Assembly: GCA_032250835.1 (NCBI GenBank)
Contig: JAVVEA010000021.1
Coordinates: 1-57,179 of the forward strand
Direction of reading: 5' to 3'
Origin: a bacterium
Lineage (GTDB): Bacteria; SAR324; XYD2-FULL-50-16
Length of the DNA: 57,179 nt
Each line of letters starts with the position of its first letter. Position 1 is the first letter of the stretch. The notes under the pieces are model-generated. The model saw nothing but the letters and a program-made list of their open reading frames with translations, was not told where the DNA came from and made no database searches. Positions 9,926 to 19,175 of this stretch are shown here, piece by piece. Made by a program: the position numbers and the translations under genes.

Positions 9926-12271
9926 ATGACAGCGCCCCGCTTTTCTCCCTTTCTCGGCTCCAAATTAACCCTTTTTGGGTTGGCCTTTTTTGCGGTAAAC
10001 GCTGGGGCTTCTTATGCCTTTTATCAGGTCAACAGCTACAAACTTTTGGTGGCCCTGCTAGGGGCCCTATTGTTGGTGGCTTGGTTTGAGGGGTTTGGTC
10101 GCAAGACTTGGCTGCCCTTCGCCCCGCGGGGACTCTACTTTTCCCTTCTGCTCCCCACCGTAGCGGCACTCCCGGCGGCGGTGGTCGGTGGTTTTGCGGA
10201 AAATTACAACTTCGCCTACGAATTGGCCAGCAACTTAATCATCTGGCTTTGGGCGGTCTACCTCTACCAAACCTTAGCCCAACCGGGCCAAGATGAGACC
10301 TGGGTCGGATGGCTGGCGGTCACCCTAGCTTGGTCGGGCCTTTGGGCCTTAGGCGAAGGGACCGGTTGGCTCGGCGACGGGCCCAGCCTAGCGGGGCAAG
10401 TCAAGGCCAGCTTCGGGCACCGCAACTACTTTGCTTCTTACCTAATCCAAATGCTGCCGCTCTTTTTCGCCCTGGCATTGCCGATACCGGGCCAAGCGAA
10501 AGAACTTAAGCGCAATCTATGGGCGGCCTTGGCGATACTGGCCTTAGCGGCGTTGGTGCTGACCCAAACCCGTGCGGCCATTGCGGCGGCGATGCTTTCG
10601 ATGATGCTGGTCGGTGCGGGATATGCTTGGTTCTTAATCGAGCGCCGCCAAGGCAAACGTTTGCTGGCGGCCCTCGCCAGCCTGTCATTGGCCGGACTGT
10701 TGGGCCTGGGTCTGTACGGTCTAGGGGTCTCGGCGGACCCGCTACAGGGCAACCGGATCGAACAAATCTTTAGCCGCCGGGCCTGGATCGGGCGGTTGAT
10801 CCCTTGGGAAACGGCCTGGAAGGCCTTTGTTGATGCCCCCTTCTTTGGGCATGGCCTGGGCAGTAGCTACAACCTCTTTTTTACCTACGTGGCCCCGGAC
10901 ACTAGGCTCTACCACCACGAACGCAGCTACAACCACGCCCACTCAGAATGGCTCGAATACCTAGCTGAAGCGGGGCTGCTGGGCTGGGTCGCCTATGGGT
11001 TAGCCTTTTATTGGATCTACCGAGCGCTGAAGAAAGTGTTAACCGCAGGCTCGCCGGTCCAACGCCGTCTGGGCCTGGGTTTCGGGGGTGCACTGATCGC
11101 CTTTCAGGTCCACGGAGCCTTTTCTGTGGCCCCGAGAATGATCGTGGCGGAACTCCCCTGGGCGTTGAGCCTCGCCGCCTTGTTTGGCTTGGCGGCCCAA
11201 ATCGCCGGCCCAAGCCCGTTGGCAACACGCCACCGCCGCAGTTTGGCGATGTTGAACCTATCACTCCTGACCTTAGCGGCGGCCCTATTGTTCCCCTGGC
11301 TGGCCCAGCAAAATGCCTACCGCCGGATCATGAACCTCCCGGCGACCACCGAAACCGCGCAAACCTTTGAGGAACTGGCCCAAAACAGCAACGACATCTA
11401 CATGCTGGACCAGCTTTTGGGCCTACAAATCCAGCTAAACCGCCCCGAACAGATGCGCCGTACCTTAGAGCAAATCGATGGCCTAATCCCTCATTACCGG
11501 GAAACAGACTACCGTAAGGCGGTCTGGGCCGTGCTTTTGCGCAAGCGCGAAGAGGCGCGCAAGCTGGCCCAAGAGGCCCAGACCCGAGACCGATACTATT
11601 TACCGAACCTGCGCCTGCTAACCAGCATGGCCTTAGAGGCCGACGACTTTGACGGCTTTGCTTACCAAATGGATTTGCTGTTGCGGCGGCATTTGGTGCG
11701 TAATTTTGTGATCATCGCCTTTGGCGACGAACAGGTACCCATCGAACACAAAGCCACCAGTTGGGGCATGGAGTTCCGCAGCGAGCCCAACAAGCTTCGA
11801 GTCCGTTTAGACCCCTTCTGGTTGCGCCGTATCTTTGACCAGGCGCAAGACTTCCGCCGCAGCCCGCCGGGCCCCTTGGAGCGCGAACAAGTGTTAAACC
11901 AATTAACCCGCCAAATCGCCCAGAATCCCTACTTCCGTTTGCAGGTTAAGCCGGAGTTCTTGGCTGAAGAAGCACAGGTCTTCGACCTGCTGCGCCAATT
12001 CCACGAAGCGAGCCGGGAATGGGCCAGCCGAAAGGACTTCTTGCAATTTTCCCGCAACCAGGACCTGAGCCGAGCCCACAACGAGGAAGACCGCCAACGC
12101 ATCGCCGCAGACCATCAAGACCGCCTAGCCCAAGCGCAAACTGCCGCCGTAGAGCGGCTAGCTAAGCTGGAAGCTCAGTTAAAAGCGAAGTCGGACTTCC
12201 CCCACTTCTTGACCAAACACCGCTTTGCGGCCCAGTGGATTCAAGAGATTCAACAGATATATTTTCCTTAA
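9926..12271 (+). CDS. O-antigen ligase/oligosaccharyltransferase family membrane protein with helical C-terminal extension
   Basis: Many TMs; ASFGHRNYFASYL, LTQTRAA, PFFGHGLGS, HAHSEWLEYLAEAG. Confidence 0.82.
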   Translation: MTAPRFSPFLGSKLTLFGLAFFAVNAGASYAFYQVNSYKLLVALLGALLLVAWFEGFGRKTWLPFAPRGLYFSLLLPTVAALPAAVVGGFAENYNFAYELASNLIIWLWAVYLYQTLAQPGQDETWVGWLAVTLAWSGLWALGEGTGWLGDGPSLAGQVKASFGHRNYFASYLIQMLPLFFALALPIPGQAKELKRNLWAALAILALAALVLTQTRAAIAAAMLSMMLVGAGYAWFLIERRQGKRLLAALASLSLAGLLGLGLYGLGVSADPLQGNRIEQIFSRRAWIGRLIPWETAWKAFVDAPFFGHGLGSSYNLFFTYVAPDTRLYHHERSYNHAHSEWLEYLAEAGLLGWVAYGLAFYWIYRALKKVLTAGSPVQRRLGLGFGGALIAFQVHGAFSVAPRMIVAELPWALSLAALFGLAAQIAGPSPLATRHRRSLAMLNLSLLTLAAALLFPWLAQQNAYRRIMNLPATTETAQTFEELAQNSNDIYMLDQLLGLQIQLNRPEQMRRTLEQIDGLIPHYRETDYRKAVWAVLLRKREEARKLAQEAQTRDRYYLPNLRLLTSMALEADDFDGFAYQMDLLLRRHLVRNFVIIAFGDEQVPIEHKATSWGMEFRSEPNKLRVRLDPFWLRRIFDQAQDFRRSPPGPLEREQVLNQLTRQIAQNPYFRLQVKPEFLAEEAQVFDLLRQFHEASREWASRKDFLQFSRNQDLSRAHNEEDRQRIAADHQDRLAQAQTAAVERLAKLEAQLKAKSDFPHFLTKHRFAAQWIQEIQQIYFP

Positions 12272-12279
12272 GGTGGGGT

Positions 12280-13101
12280 ATGGAAAAACTGCTGATTTAC
12301 ACCGATCTGGACGCCACCCTAATCGACGCGAAAAGCGGAGATTTTTCGCTGGCTTTGCCGTTGCTCAAAGAACTAGAAAAGCGCGGGATTCCGGTGATGC
12401 TCAACTCTTCGCGGACCGCCTCCGAGTTGTTGCACCTGCGCAAAGAACTGGGCAATTGCCATCCCTTTGGTGCCGAGCACGGCGGCACGGTCTGCGTACC
12501 CCAGGGGTACTTCAACGGAGCGGCCGTCGCGGTGGAACATGAAGTCAAGATGGACTATCTAGGGCTGAACTACAAAGCCATCTTAGACCAATTGATTGAA
12601 TTAAAAGACCTACATGACTATAGCTTTCTGGGCTTTACGGATCTTTCGGTCACCGACCTAGCCGATGAGACAGGCATGGACGTCGAGATGGCGATCAAGG
12701 CTAAGTCACGGATGGCATCCGAAGCCCTACTTTGGCTCGATAGTGTTGATGCGCTGCAACACTTCGAAAGCTGCTTAGCCCAACGCCAATTGAAGTTGGT
12801 CAAAGGGGGGCGGTTTTATTATGTAATTTTTGAGCGAGCCGACAAGGGCGGGGCAATCCATTGGATCAATTTCAACTTCCATGAAGCCCAACCTCAAACT
12901 AAATTCCGCACCATCGGCATCGGCGACAGCAGCAACGACCTAGCCCTATTAGCCCATGTAGACCAGCCGGTGGTGGTCGTCCCGCCTAGAGGGAAAGCCC
13001 TCGATCTAGAGCGCCCCGGCACCCTCTACACCAAAGCGGCGGGACCAAAGGGCTGGGTAGAAGGCGTACAAGCCGCCTTAGAGAGTTTGGGGGTATGGTA
13101 G
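12280..13101 (+). CDS. HAD-IIB hydrolase, mannosyl-3-phosphoglycerate phosphatase (MpgP/YedP) family
   Basis: TDLDATL, NSSRTASE, AEHGG, GGRFY, DKGGA, GIGDSSND. Confidence 0.85.
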   Translation: MEKLLIYTDLDATLIDAKSGDFSLALPLLKELEKRGIPVMLNSSRTASELLHLRKELGNCHPFGAEHGGTVCVPQGYFNGAAVAVEHEVKMDYLGLNYKAILDQLIELKDLHDYSFLGFTDLSVTDLADETGMDVEMAIKAKSRMASEALLWLDSVDALQHFESCLAQRQLKLVKGGRFYYVIFERADKGGAIHWINFNFHEAQPQTKFRTIGIGDSSNDLALLAHVDQPVVVVPPRGKALDLERPGTLYTKAAGPKGWVEGVQAALESLGVW

Positions 13102-13244
13102 CCCCAGAGGGTACCTGAGAGCTTGCAAATACAGGCCATTGTTCCTAAAATAGGTGGTTCCTAGGCAGGCCTTGGAAGAATCCAAGGCAACAACACCTAG
13201 TTATGATAGTTGAAACAACAGCCTTTTATCTCCCAAGGATAACG

Positions 13245-13625
13245 ATGACTGCCAGATCCATTTTAGAACAACTCCCCAAGGACTGGTTGGAGCAGCATTG
13301 GACGGAATACCTAAAACTAAACGAGCGGATTTTGGTGACCCTGGTGCAGGTCAAGGCCCATGAGATTTCTTGGCAGCAAACCTTAAATCGGCCCGAGGAC
13401 TTTGAGAGCTTTTTTCAAGCCGAAGCAAAACGTTTAGCAAAAAAGCCCGACGAAATCCGCGGTTTCTTCCAGCAGATTGCCCAATCCAAAGCCCGCGAGC
13501 AGATCTTTGAAAAGCACTTTGGGCATTTAGTTCCCCGGGATGCCGCAGGGAACCCAACGGTGACCCGCAAAGACTTAGAGCCCATCGTCGGCCCGGCACT
13601 GCAATACAAGTCGGAAGCTTCTTAA
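13245..13625 (+). CDS. Hypothetical helical protein
   Basis: RBS AAGGA before ATG at 13245; no motif recognised. Confidence 0.65.
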   Translation: MTARSILEQLPKDWLEQHWTEYLKLNERILVTLVQVKAHEISWQQTLNRPEDFESFFQAEAKRLAKKPDEIRGFFQQIAQSKAREQIFEKHFGHLVPRDAAGNPTVTRKDLEPIVGPALQYKSEAS

Positions 13626-13635
13626 AGGCCGGTAC

Positions 13636-15564
13636 TTAAGGCAGTTGGGGCACGGACTTCAGGTAGATCAACCCCTTGCCCTCTTTAGCCTTGGCGAGTT
13701 CTTCGCTTAAAAAGCGGATCGAAGCTTGGGCGTCTAAGCTATTCCAGTCTTTTTGCGGCAACAGGTGCAAGAGAATGTACACCGCCTCATAGTAGACTTT
13801 AGCGTTATTGGCGGTCAGCGATTCTTCATTATAAAACCCATCCTTTTCTTCGGCTTTACGGCTCAGGATCCTCCCGAAAGCCTTGTCTGGCGCTCCGGTA
13901 AAAAGCAAAACATAAGGAAATATATCCTTCTGCTGCACCTGATTGATGCTCATATGCTTTTGGTGGGTCAGGCCCAGGCAGACCAAATGATCGGCAAACT
14001 GGAAGGCGGCGTAATACTCGCGGATTTTGTGGGCCGTTTGGAAGCGGATTACGTATAAGGCCTCTTCTTTTTCCAAGGCATGAAAGAGGCGCTCGAAGGC
14101 ATGATGGAAACGCATCATCGCCAATTCGTCTTGTTTGAACAGCCGGGCGTTATAGCCATAGTCCTTCTGGCTCGCTCCGTCGAACTCTCCACGGAAGGCG
14201 ACCACGTCGGTCTTGACAAGGCGGAACTGGCTGATCGCCTCAATGGCCTCGGGATTCTTTTCAATCAGGGCGTCTTTTCCACCGGCTACCTTAGGCGCGG
14301 CTTCCGCAGCCGCCGGAGCCGGTCCGTCGCCGCCCTTTTCTTCGGCAATAAAGGCTTTATAGGTGTTCTTAATGGACTGGAAGATCACTTTAAAGGGCTC
14401 GGTCATCAGTTCAAAGCCCTTTTCGCCCAATTCGATGAAGGCGGTCCAAACCTTTTTTAAAATATTTTTCACGCCCATCCGCGCCACCTGCCCAAACTCC
14501 TTGCTGAAGTTGCTTTGGGCCAAAACGGTCAGGCTTTGTTTGATGTCCCCGATCAGTTTGTAAACCGTCGAAGGACTCAGGTGGTCCACAAATTCGCGGC
14601 GCTGCTGTAAGACCTCGGCGGAATTAAAGCGCTCAGCGTCCAACAGCCCCTCGACCAGTTCCTGGGGCGGTACCAGTTGATCATTGGTCAACAGACAACC
14701 GGCAAAAACCCGACTCACCTCAAAGGGAGGCACGCCGCCAAAGCGACGACCCGCAGTCAGACGGGCTAAGAACAGCTTATAGTAGGCATGGCGCTTTAAA
14801 GAGTAATTGTACAACGCCTCATGGGCCTGGATGGTGGCGACGAACTCCAAGACCACCTTGCGGATTTCTGAGGGGTCTTCTTGCATCTGGAGGTTATCGG
14901 TCGGCTTGGGGTTGCCCCGAAAGACCGGGTTTTCCTTTAAAATGCGCAACATCAACTCCACATGGGAGTTGATCTCATCAAAGGAATCCAAATAAGAGCG
15001 TTTAAAGAGCCCCAAGAGCACCCGCGCGATGTCGCTAACGAAGGTATAGAGGCTGCCCCGGTCGAGATGGATGCTCTTGGCGTTAAAGATCTCGTTGGTC
15101 GAAGCGAGGATCTCGACGTTTTTATTGATCGATAAGAAGGTAGGTTTGACGAATTCAGCAATGGCCTTCTTCTGGTCCATGCCGTCAAGCAGCATCAGCG
15201 CGGGAACCAGCTTGCCGATACTGATCTTGCTGCTGAAGAAGTCCATGGTTTCTAAGATATAAAACCGCTTCTTCGGCGCGTAACTGTTGAGCCGGTTGCG
15301 CATGCTGGCGAAGACGCGCCTGACCTCCGAGACCACCTCTTCGGGCACCATATATTCTTGTTCTTTCTCAAAGAATATCTGTACCGCCCGCTCGCTTAGG
15401 GGCTGGGATTCTTTGATCAAGGCGTCAATAGGGAGGTTGGGCCGGGTACCGGCTTGTTCGATTTCACCAGCTTTGGAGAGCTGGCGTTCGATAAAGCGGT
15501 CGATATTGGACTGGAGCTTGCCCAGGTCCAACTCATTGTATGGTTCGTCTGCAGACTGATTCAT
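13636..15564 (-). CDS. Large hypothetical cytoplasmic protein
   Basis: About 640 aa open frame with genome-like codon use; no recognised domain. Confidence 0.75.
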   Translation of the reverse strand: MNQSADEPYNELDLGKLQSNIDRFIERQLSKAGEIEQAGTRPNLPIDALIKESQPLSERAVQIFFEKEQEYMVPEEVVSEVRRVFASMRNRLNSYAPKKRFYILETMDFFSSKISIGKLVPALMLLDGMDQKKAIAEFVKPTFLSINKNVEILASTNEIFNAKSIHLDRGSLYTFVSDIARVLLGLFKRSYLDSFDEINSHVELMLRILKENPVFRGNPKPTDNLQMQEDPSEIRKVVLEFVATIQAHEALYNYSLKRHAYYKLFLARLTAGRRFGGVPPFEVSRVFAGCLLTNDQLVPPQELVEGLLDAERFNSAEVLQQRREFVDHLSPSTVYKLIGDIKQSLTVLAQSNFSKEFGQVARMGVKNILKKVWTAFIELGEKGFELMTEPFKVIFQSIKNTYKAFIAEEKGGDGPAPAAAEAAPKVAGGKDALIEKNPEAIEAISQFRLVKTDVVAFRGEFDGASQKDYGYNARLFKQDELAMMRFHHAFERLFHALEKEEALYVIRFQTAHKIREYYAAFQFADHLVCLGLTHQKHMSINQVQQKDIFPYVLLFTGAPDKAFGRILSRKAEEKDGFYNEESLTANNAKVYYEAVYILLHLLPQKDWNSLDAQASIRFLSEELAKAKEGKGLIYLKSVPQLP

Positions 15565-15668
15565 GCTACCGGCTGAGGAGGTCTTCTTTCCCACAGACTT
15601 TAACAGAAGCGGCAACAGCTTGGCAAGGCAGGCTGTTCGTCGCTCCTAAAAGGCCAACAACAGGTACT

Positions 15669-16112
15669 TTAAATCAGATCGTCATAGCGCGATTCAAAGC
15701 CATATTTATGTTTGGCCTCTTCGTCCGCCAAAAAGTTAAACAACGCTTTTAATTCCGCGTCATCAGCGTCGTCAGCCAAACGGCGGTACAAATCCAGGCT
15801 GGCTTTCTCAAGCTTCATCCCCACAATCAGGGCTTCTTCATAGCTGAGATTGGGCTTGTGCGGGTCCACGTCGACCAAATATTCGGCCAGTTTTAGGTCT
15901 TCGTCGGGGGTGTACTTCTTGGTTTGCGGCAATTGCTGCTTTGCCAAAACCGCTTCTAGCCTCTTTTTATGGCCTTCCTCTTGGGCTCTGACTTCTTCAA
16001 AGACTTTTTTCAGTTCCGGGCGTTCGGCTTTGCTGGCTAGGTATTGATACAGGGAAGCGGCCTCTTCTTCCAGGCCGATGGCGTGTTTCAAGACTTCAGA
16101 AAAACGGTCCAT
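15669..16112 (-). CDS. Rubrerythrin/ferritin-like di-iron protein (no rubredoxin domain)
   Basis: AIGLEEEA..Y, QEEGHKKRL, GMKLEKAS..LY, DEEAKHK. Confidence 0.85.
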   Translation of the reverse strand: MDRFSEVLKHAIGLEEEAASLYQYLASKAERPELKKVFEEVRAQEEGHKKRLEAVLAKQQLPQTKKYTPDEDLKLAEYLVDVDPHKPNLSYEEALIVGMKLEKASLDLYRRLADDADDAELKALFNFLADEEAKHKYGFESRYDDLI

Positions 16113-16174
16113 CTGGTTCTCTCGGCAGTAGATTTTCATTCCCCGGCCCGCACAAAGCGGGCCGGGTCCGTGGA

Positions 16175-19123
16175 TTAGAGGCCCTTCGCCGCCACAAAGG
16201 CAGCAAAGGCCGCTTCGCGTGAGTCCATGGCTACCGAAGCCAATTCAGGAGCTAAGCCCGTAGCGACCAACCGGCCCTTAAGGCCGTTGGTCAAGGGGGC
16301 CATCTCACTCACTTCACCAGCCAAAGCTTGGCGCAAAGCACTCAGTTCCTTGAGCGCGCCCAGCCCAGCCAATTCGGCCAGCAGGGCGTAGCCTTGTTGC
16401 TCATCGGCCACCGGCAAGGGCGAGTTCAGCAGCGCCAACTGGCCTTGATCGTTCAAAAAGGCTCCGGCCGACCGCAAAGGATCAGCCAACGGCAAGCGAA
16501 GGTCCGCTGCGCTTTCGTGGTTCGAAAGCAACAACGTTTGCTTAGCCTGAGGATTGGGGGCGGCTTGTCCCACCGAAACCAACAGGTCTACCGAAGGGTT
16601 GTCCCAGGCCTGTGCCCCTAGGCGCTTTAACAGCGCTAGGTTTTGCTGGCCCTGAGCCTTGGCGTGGGGCTTCTTTGAAGACTCACGGGGCGCTTCGCTG
16701 CTATAGTAAAGTTTACCACCTTTGGATTCCGCCAGTTTCTTGGCGGCAAAGAGGTTTTCCACCGTGGTAGCGGCGGTGGTCAAAACCGCCACCGAAGCAG
16801 CCCCAGCGACCATAGACTTGGCTTGTTCCAACTGGCTTAAATCCAACTGAGACAAAGCACCGGTCACGCTGTCGCGCAATTGCAGCGCAAAACGCCCTTC
16901 TAGGCAGATCACCGCGCCGTTGGCCGGGTCTTCAACTACCGAAGCCACATTGGTGATCAAACCATCGCGTACACTCACCCGCAGAGCACAGCCCCTAGCG
17001 CATGAGGTACAGGTGGTGACGGAGTTATAGGTGAACCAGGGGCCCACTTCCTTACCGGTATTCGCTGCCATCGCGCCGGTGGGGCAGACGTCGATACACA
17101 TGCCGCAGGCGTCGCAGCCAACGGTCTGTAAGGGGTCCTCAAAGTTCGGCGTGATCTTGGTGGCGAAGCCCCGGTGCACAAAGGTCAAGGCCGAGATGTC
17201 GCGCACCTCGTCACACATCCGCACACAGGAACCACAGGTGATGCACTTATCCGCTTCAATCTTGATGAAGGGATGGCGCTTGTCTTCTTCGTAATTACGC
17301 TTTTGGCCTACTAAAACCTTATCACTAGCGCCGTAATCGGTGGCGTAGTCGCGCAGGTCACATCCAAAGCGGGCATTACAGCCACATTCGATACAGCGGC
17401 TCGCTTCAGCCAGCACTTGGATTTCGTCAAAGCCTCGGTTGATCGGCGCATAGCCGCCGTCGGCCAGACGTTTTTCGGGTTCGAAGGTGGTCTCGTGGTT
17501 GCGCTTTTGGTGCTCGTAGCGGGGGCTGAAATCGGCCATGTCGAGGTCTTCATTGCGGCCTCGGCTGATCTCATAGGGCCGCTCTAGCTTGACCTCTTCT
17601 CCGTTTAAGAAGCGGTGCATGGCCTTGGCGGATTGTTTGCCTTCGCCGATAGCGCGGATCACCGTTTCAGGGCCCCAGGCACAGTCACCAGCGGTGAAGA
17701 CCCCTTCGACACTGGTGGCCATGTTCGACTGGTCATAGACCAAAGTCTTCCACTTAGTCGTTTCGGGCTTGGCCGCCGAGCTATCCAAGCAGGTAATGTC
17801 CGGGTCCTGGCCAATAGCCGGGATGATGTGGGTGAAGGGGAGCACCTCTTCGCTGCCTTCGATGGGCACCGGGCGGCGGCGGCCTGAGCTGTCGGGCTCG
17901 CCCAATTCCATGGTCACCACCTTAAGACCTATGGCGCGGTTGTTGTCGTCCACCGCAACCGCCGTGGGGGCGGTCAAGAAACGGAACTCCACACCCTCTT
18001 CCATGGTTTCGTGCTGCTCCAGCGGCAGGGCGGGCATTTCTTCCTGGGTACGCCGGTACAATAAAGTTACTTTAGCGCCTTTGCGCAGCGCCACCCGGCA
18101 GCAGTCCATAGCGGTGTCACCGCCACCGATCACCGCTACATGAGCGCCTTCGCCGATGCCGGTGTCGTTGCCCAGAACCACTTCGCGCAAGAAGTCGATC
18201 CCGCCGATCACGCCGTCGGCATCTTCGTTGTCCACCCACATGGCTTTGGACTTATGGGCACCAATAGCGATCAATACCGCATCGGCCCCATCTTTCTTGA
18301 GGTCTTCAATGGTGAAGTCCTTGCCCAACCAGCGGCCATGATGGACCTTTACGCCTAAGTCAATGATCCCGCCGATCTCGGCGTCCATCATGTCCCAGGG
18401 CAAACGGAAGGCAGGGATGCCGTAGCGGGCCATCCCGCCCAAAGCAGGCAAACCTTCGTGGATATGGACTTCATGGCCAAACTGGCGCAGGAAGTAGGCG
18501 GCCGTCAAACCCGCAGGACCCCCACCAACGATGTCCACGCGCTTGCCCGTGTCCGGTGCGCAAGGAGGCAGGTAAGGGCCTTTGGCCAGCTCGTATTCCG
18601 AGGCAAAGCGCTTGATCGGGTTGATCGCTACTGCTTCGTCCACCAGAGCCCGGCGGCACTGGCTTTCGCAAGGGTGCGGGCAAATGCGTCCGCAAACCAC
18701 CGGCAGGGGGTTGCGTTCCTTGATCAGCTTAGTGGCCGCTTCAAAGTTGCCGTTGGCCACATGGGCAATATAGCCCTGAATGTCTACGTTCGAAGGGCAG
18801 GTCGCCTCGCAGGGCGCAATGCAGTCCCCGGCGTGATCCGACAGGATCAAGTCCAGGTTCATCTTGCGGCTGTCCATCACCTTCTGGCTGTCCGTTTTGA
18901 TCTTCATGCCCTCGGCCACTTGGGTCGAGCAAGAAGGGGTCATGCTACGGGCACCTTCGACGTCCACCACACACAAGAAGCAGGACGAAAAAGGCTTAAG
19001 CCGTTCGTCGAAGCAGAAGGTCGGGATTTCGATCCCCTGCATCTCGGCGGCCTTGCGGATGGTGATACCGGCGGGGACGGTGACGTCCTTTCCGTTGAGA
19101 TTGATCGTTACGTTCTCGCTCAT
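16175..19123 (-). CDS. Large Fe-S flavoprotein: HydA/NuoG-like 2Fe-2S + GltD/SfrB-like FAD/NADP module + NuoG-like 4Fe-4S and degenerate molybdopterin-fold domain (BfuA/NfnA-like)
   Basis: IPTFC..SCFLCVV..PSC; APCEATCP; CGRICPHPCESQC; GGGPAG; GGGDTAMD; CITCGSCVRMC; CDACGMCIDVCP; CTSCARGC. Confidence 0.85.
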   Translation of the reverse strand: MSENVTINLNGKDVTVPAGITIRKAAEMQGIEIPTFCFDERLKPFSSCFLCVVDVEGARSMTPSCSTQVAEGMKIKTDSQKVMDSRKMNLDLILSDHAGDCIAPCEATCPSNVDIQGYIAHVANGNFEAATKLIKERNPLPVVCGRICPHPCESQCRRALVDEAVAINPIKRFASEYELAKGPYLPPCAPDTGKRVDIVGGGPAGLTAAYFLRQFGHEVHIHEGLPALGGMARYGIPAFRLPWDMMDAEIGGIIDLGVKVHHGRWLGKDFTIEDLKKDGADAVLIAIGAHKSKAMWVDNEDADGVIGGIDFLREVVLGNDTGIGEGAHVAVIGGGDTAMDCCRVALRKGAKVTLLYRRTQEEMPALPLEQHETMEEGVEFRFLTAPTAVAVDDNNRAIGLKVVTMELGEPDSSGRRRPVPIEGSEEVLPFTHIIPAIGQDPDITCLDSSAAKPETTKWKTLVYDQSNMATSVEGVFTAGDCAWGPETVIRAIGEGKQSAKAMHRFLNGEEVKLERPYEISRGRNEDLDMADFSPRYEHQKRNHETTFEPEKRLADGGYAPINRGFDEIQVLAEASRCIECGCNARFGCDLRDYATDYGASDKVLVGQKRNYEEDKRHPFIKIEADKCITCGSCVRMCDEVRDISALTFVHRGFATKITPNFEDPLQTVGCDACGMCIDVCPTGAMAANTGKEVGPWFTYNSVTTCTSCARGCALRVSVRDGLITNVASVVEDPANGAVICLEGRFALQLRDSVTGALSQLDLSQLEQAKSMVAGAASVAVLTTAATTVENLFAAKKLAESKGGKLYYSSEAPRESSKKPHAKAQGQQNLALLKRLGAQAWDNPSVDLLVSVGQAAPNPQAKQTLLLSNHESAADLRLPLADPLRSAGAFLNDQGQLALLNSPLPVADEQQGYALLAELAGLGALKELSALRQALAGEVSEMAPLTNGLKGRLVATGLAPELASVAMDSREAAFAAFVAAKGL

Positions 19124-19175
19124 GAAATCTTTCCTTGGGGTCGTTTCTATCGTGACGATTTTAGGTCCGCCGTGG

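Noticed and set aside
16175-19123. Formate dehydrogenase alpha subunit or glutamate synthase
   Set aside because: The molybdopterin-fold part is short and degenerate with no Cys/Sec-His active-site motif, and no gltB is adjacent.
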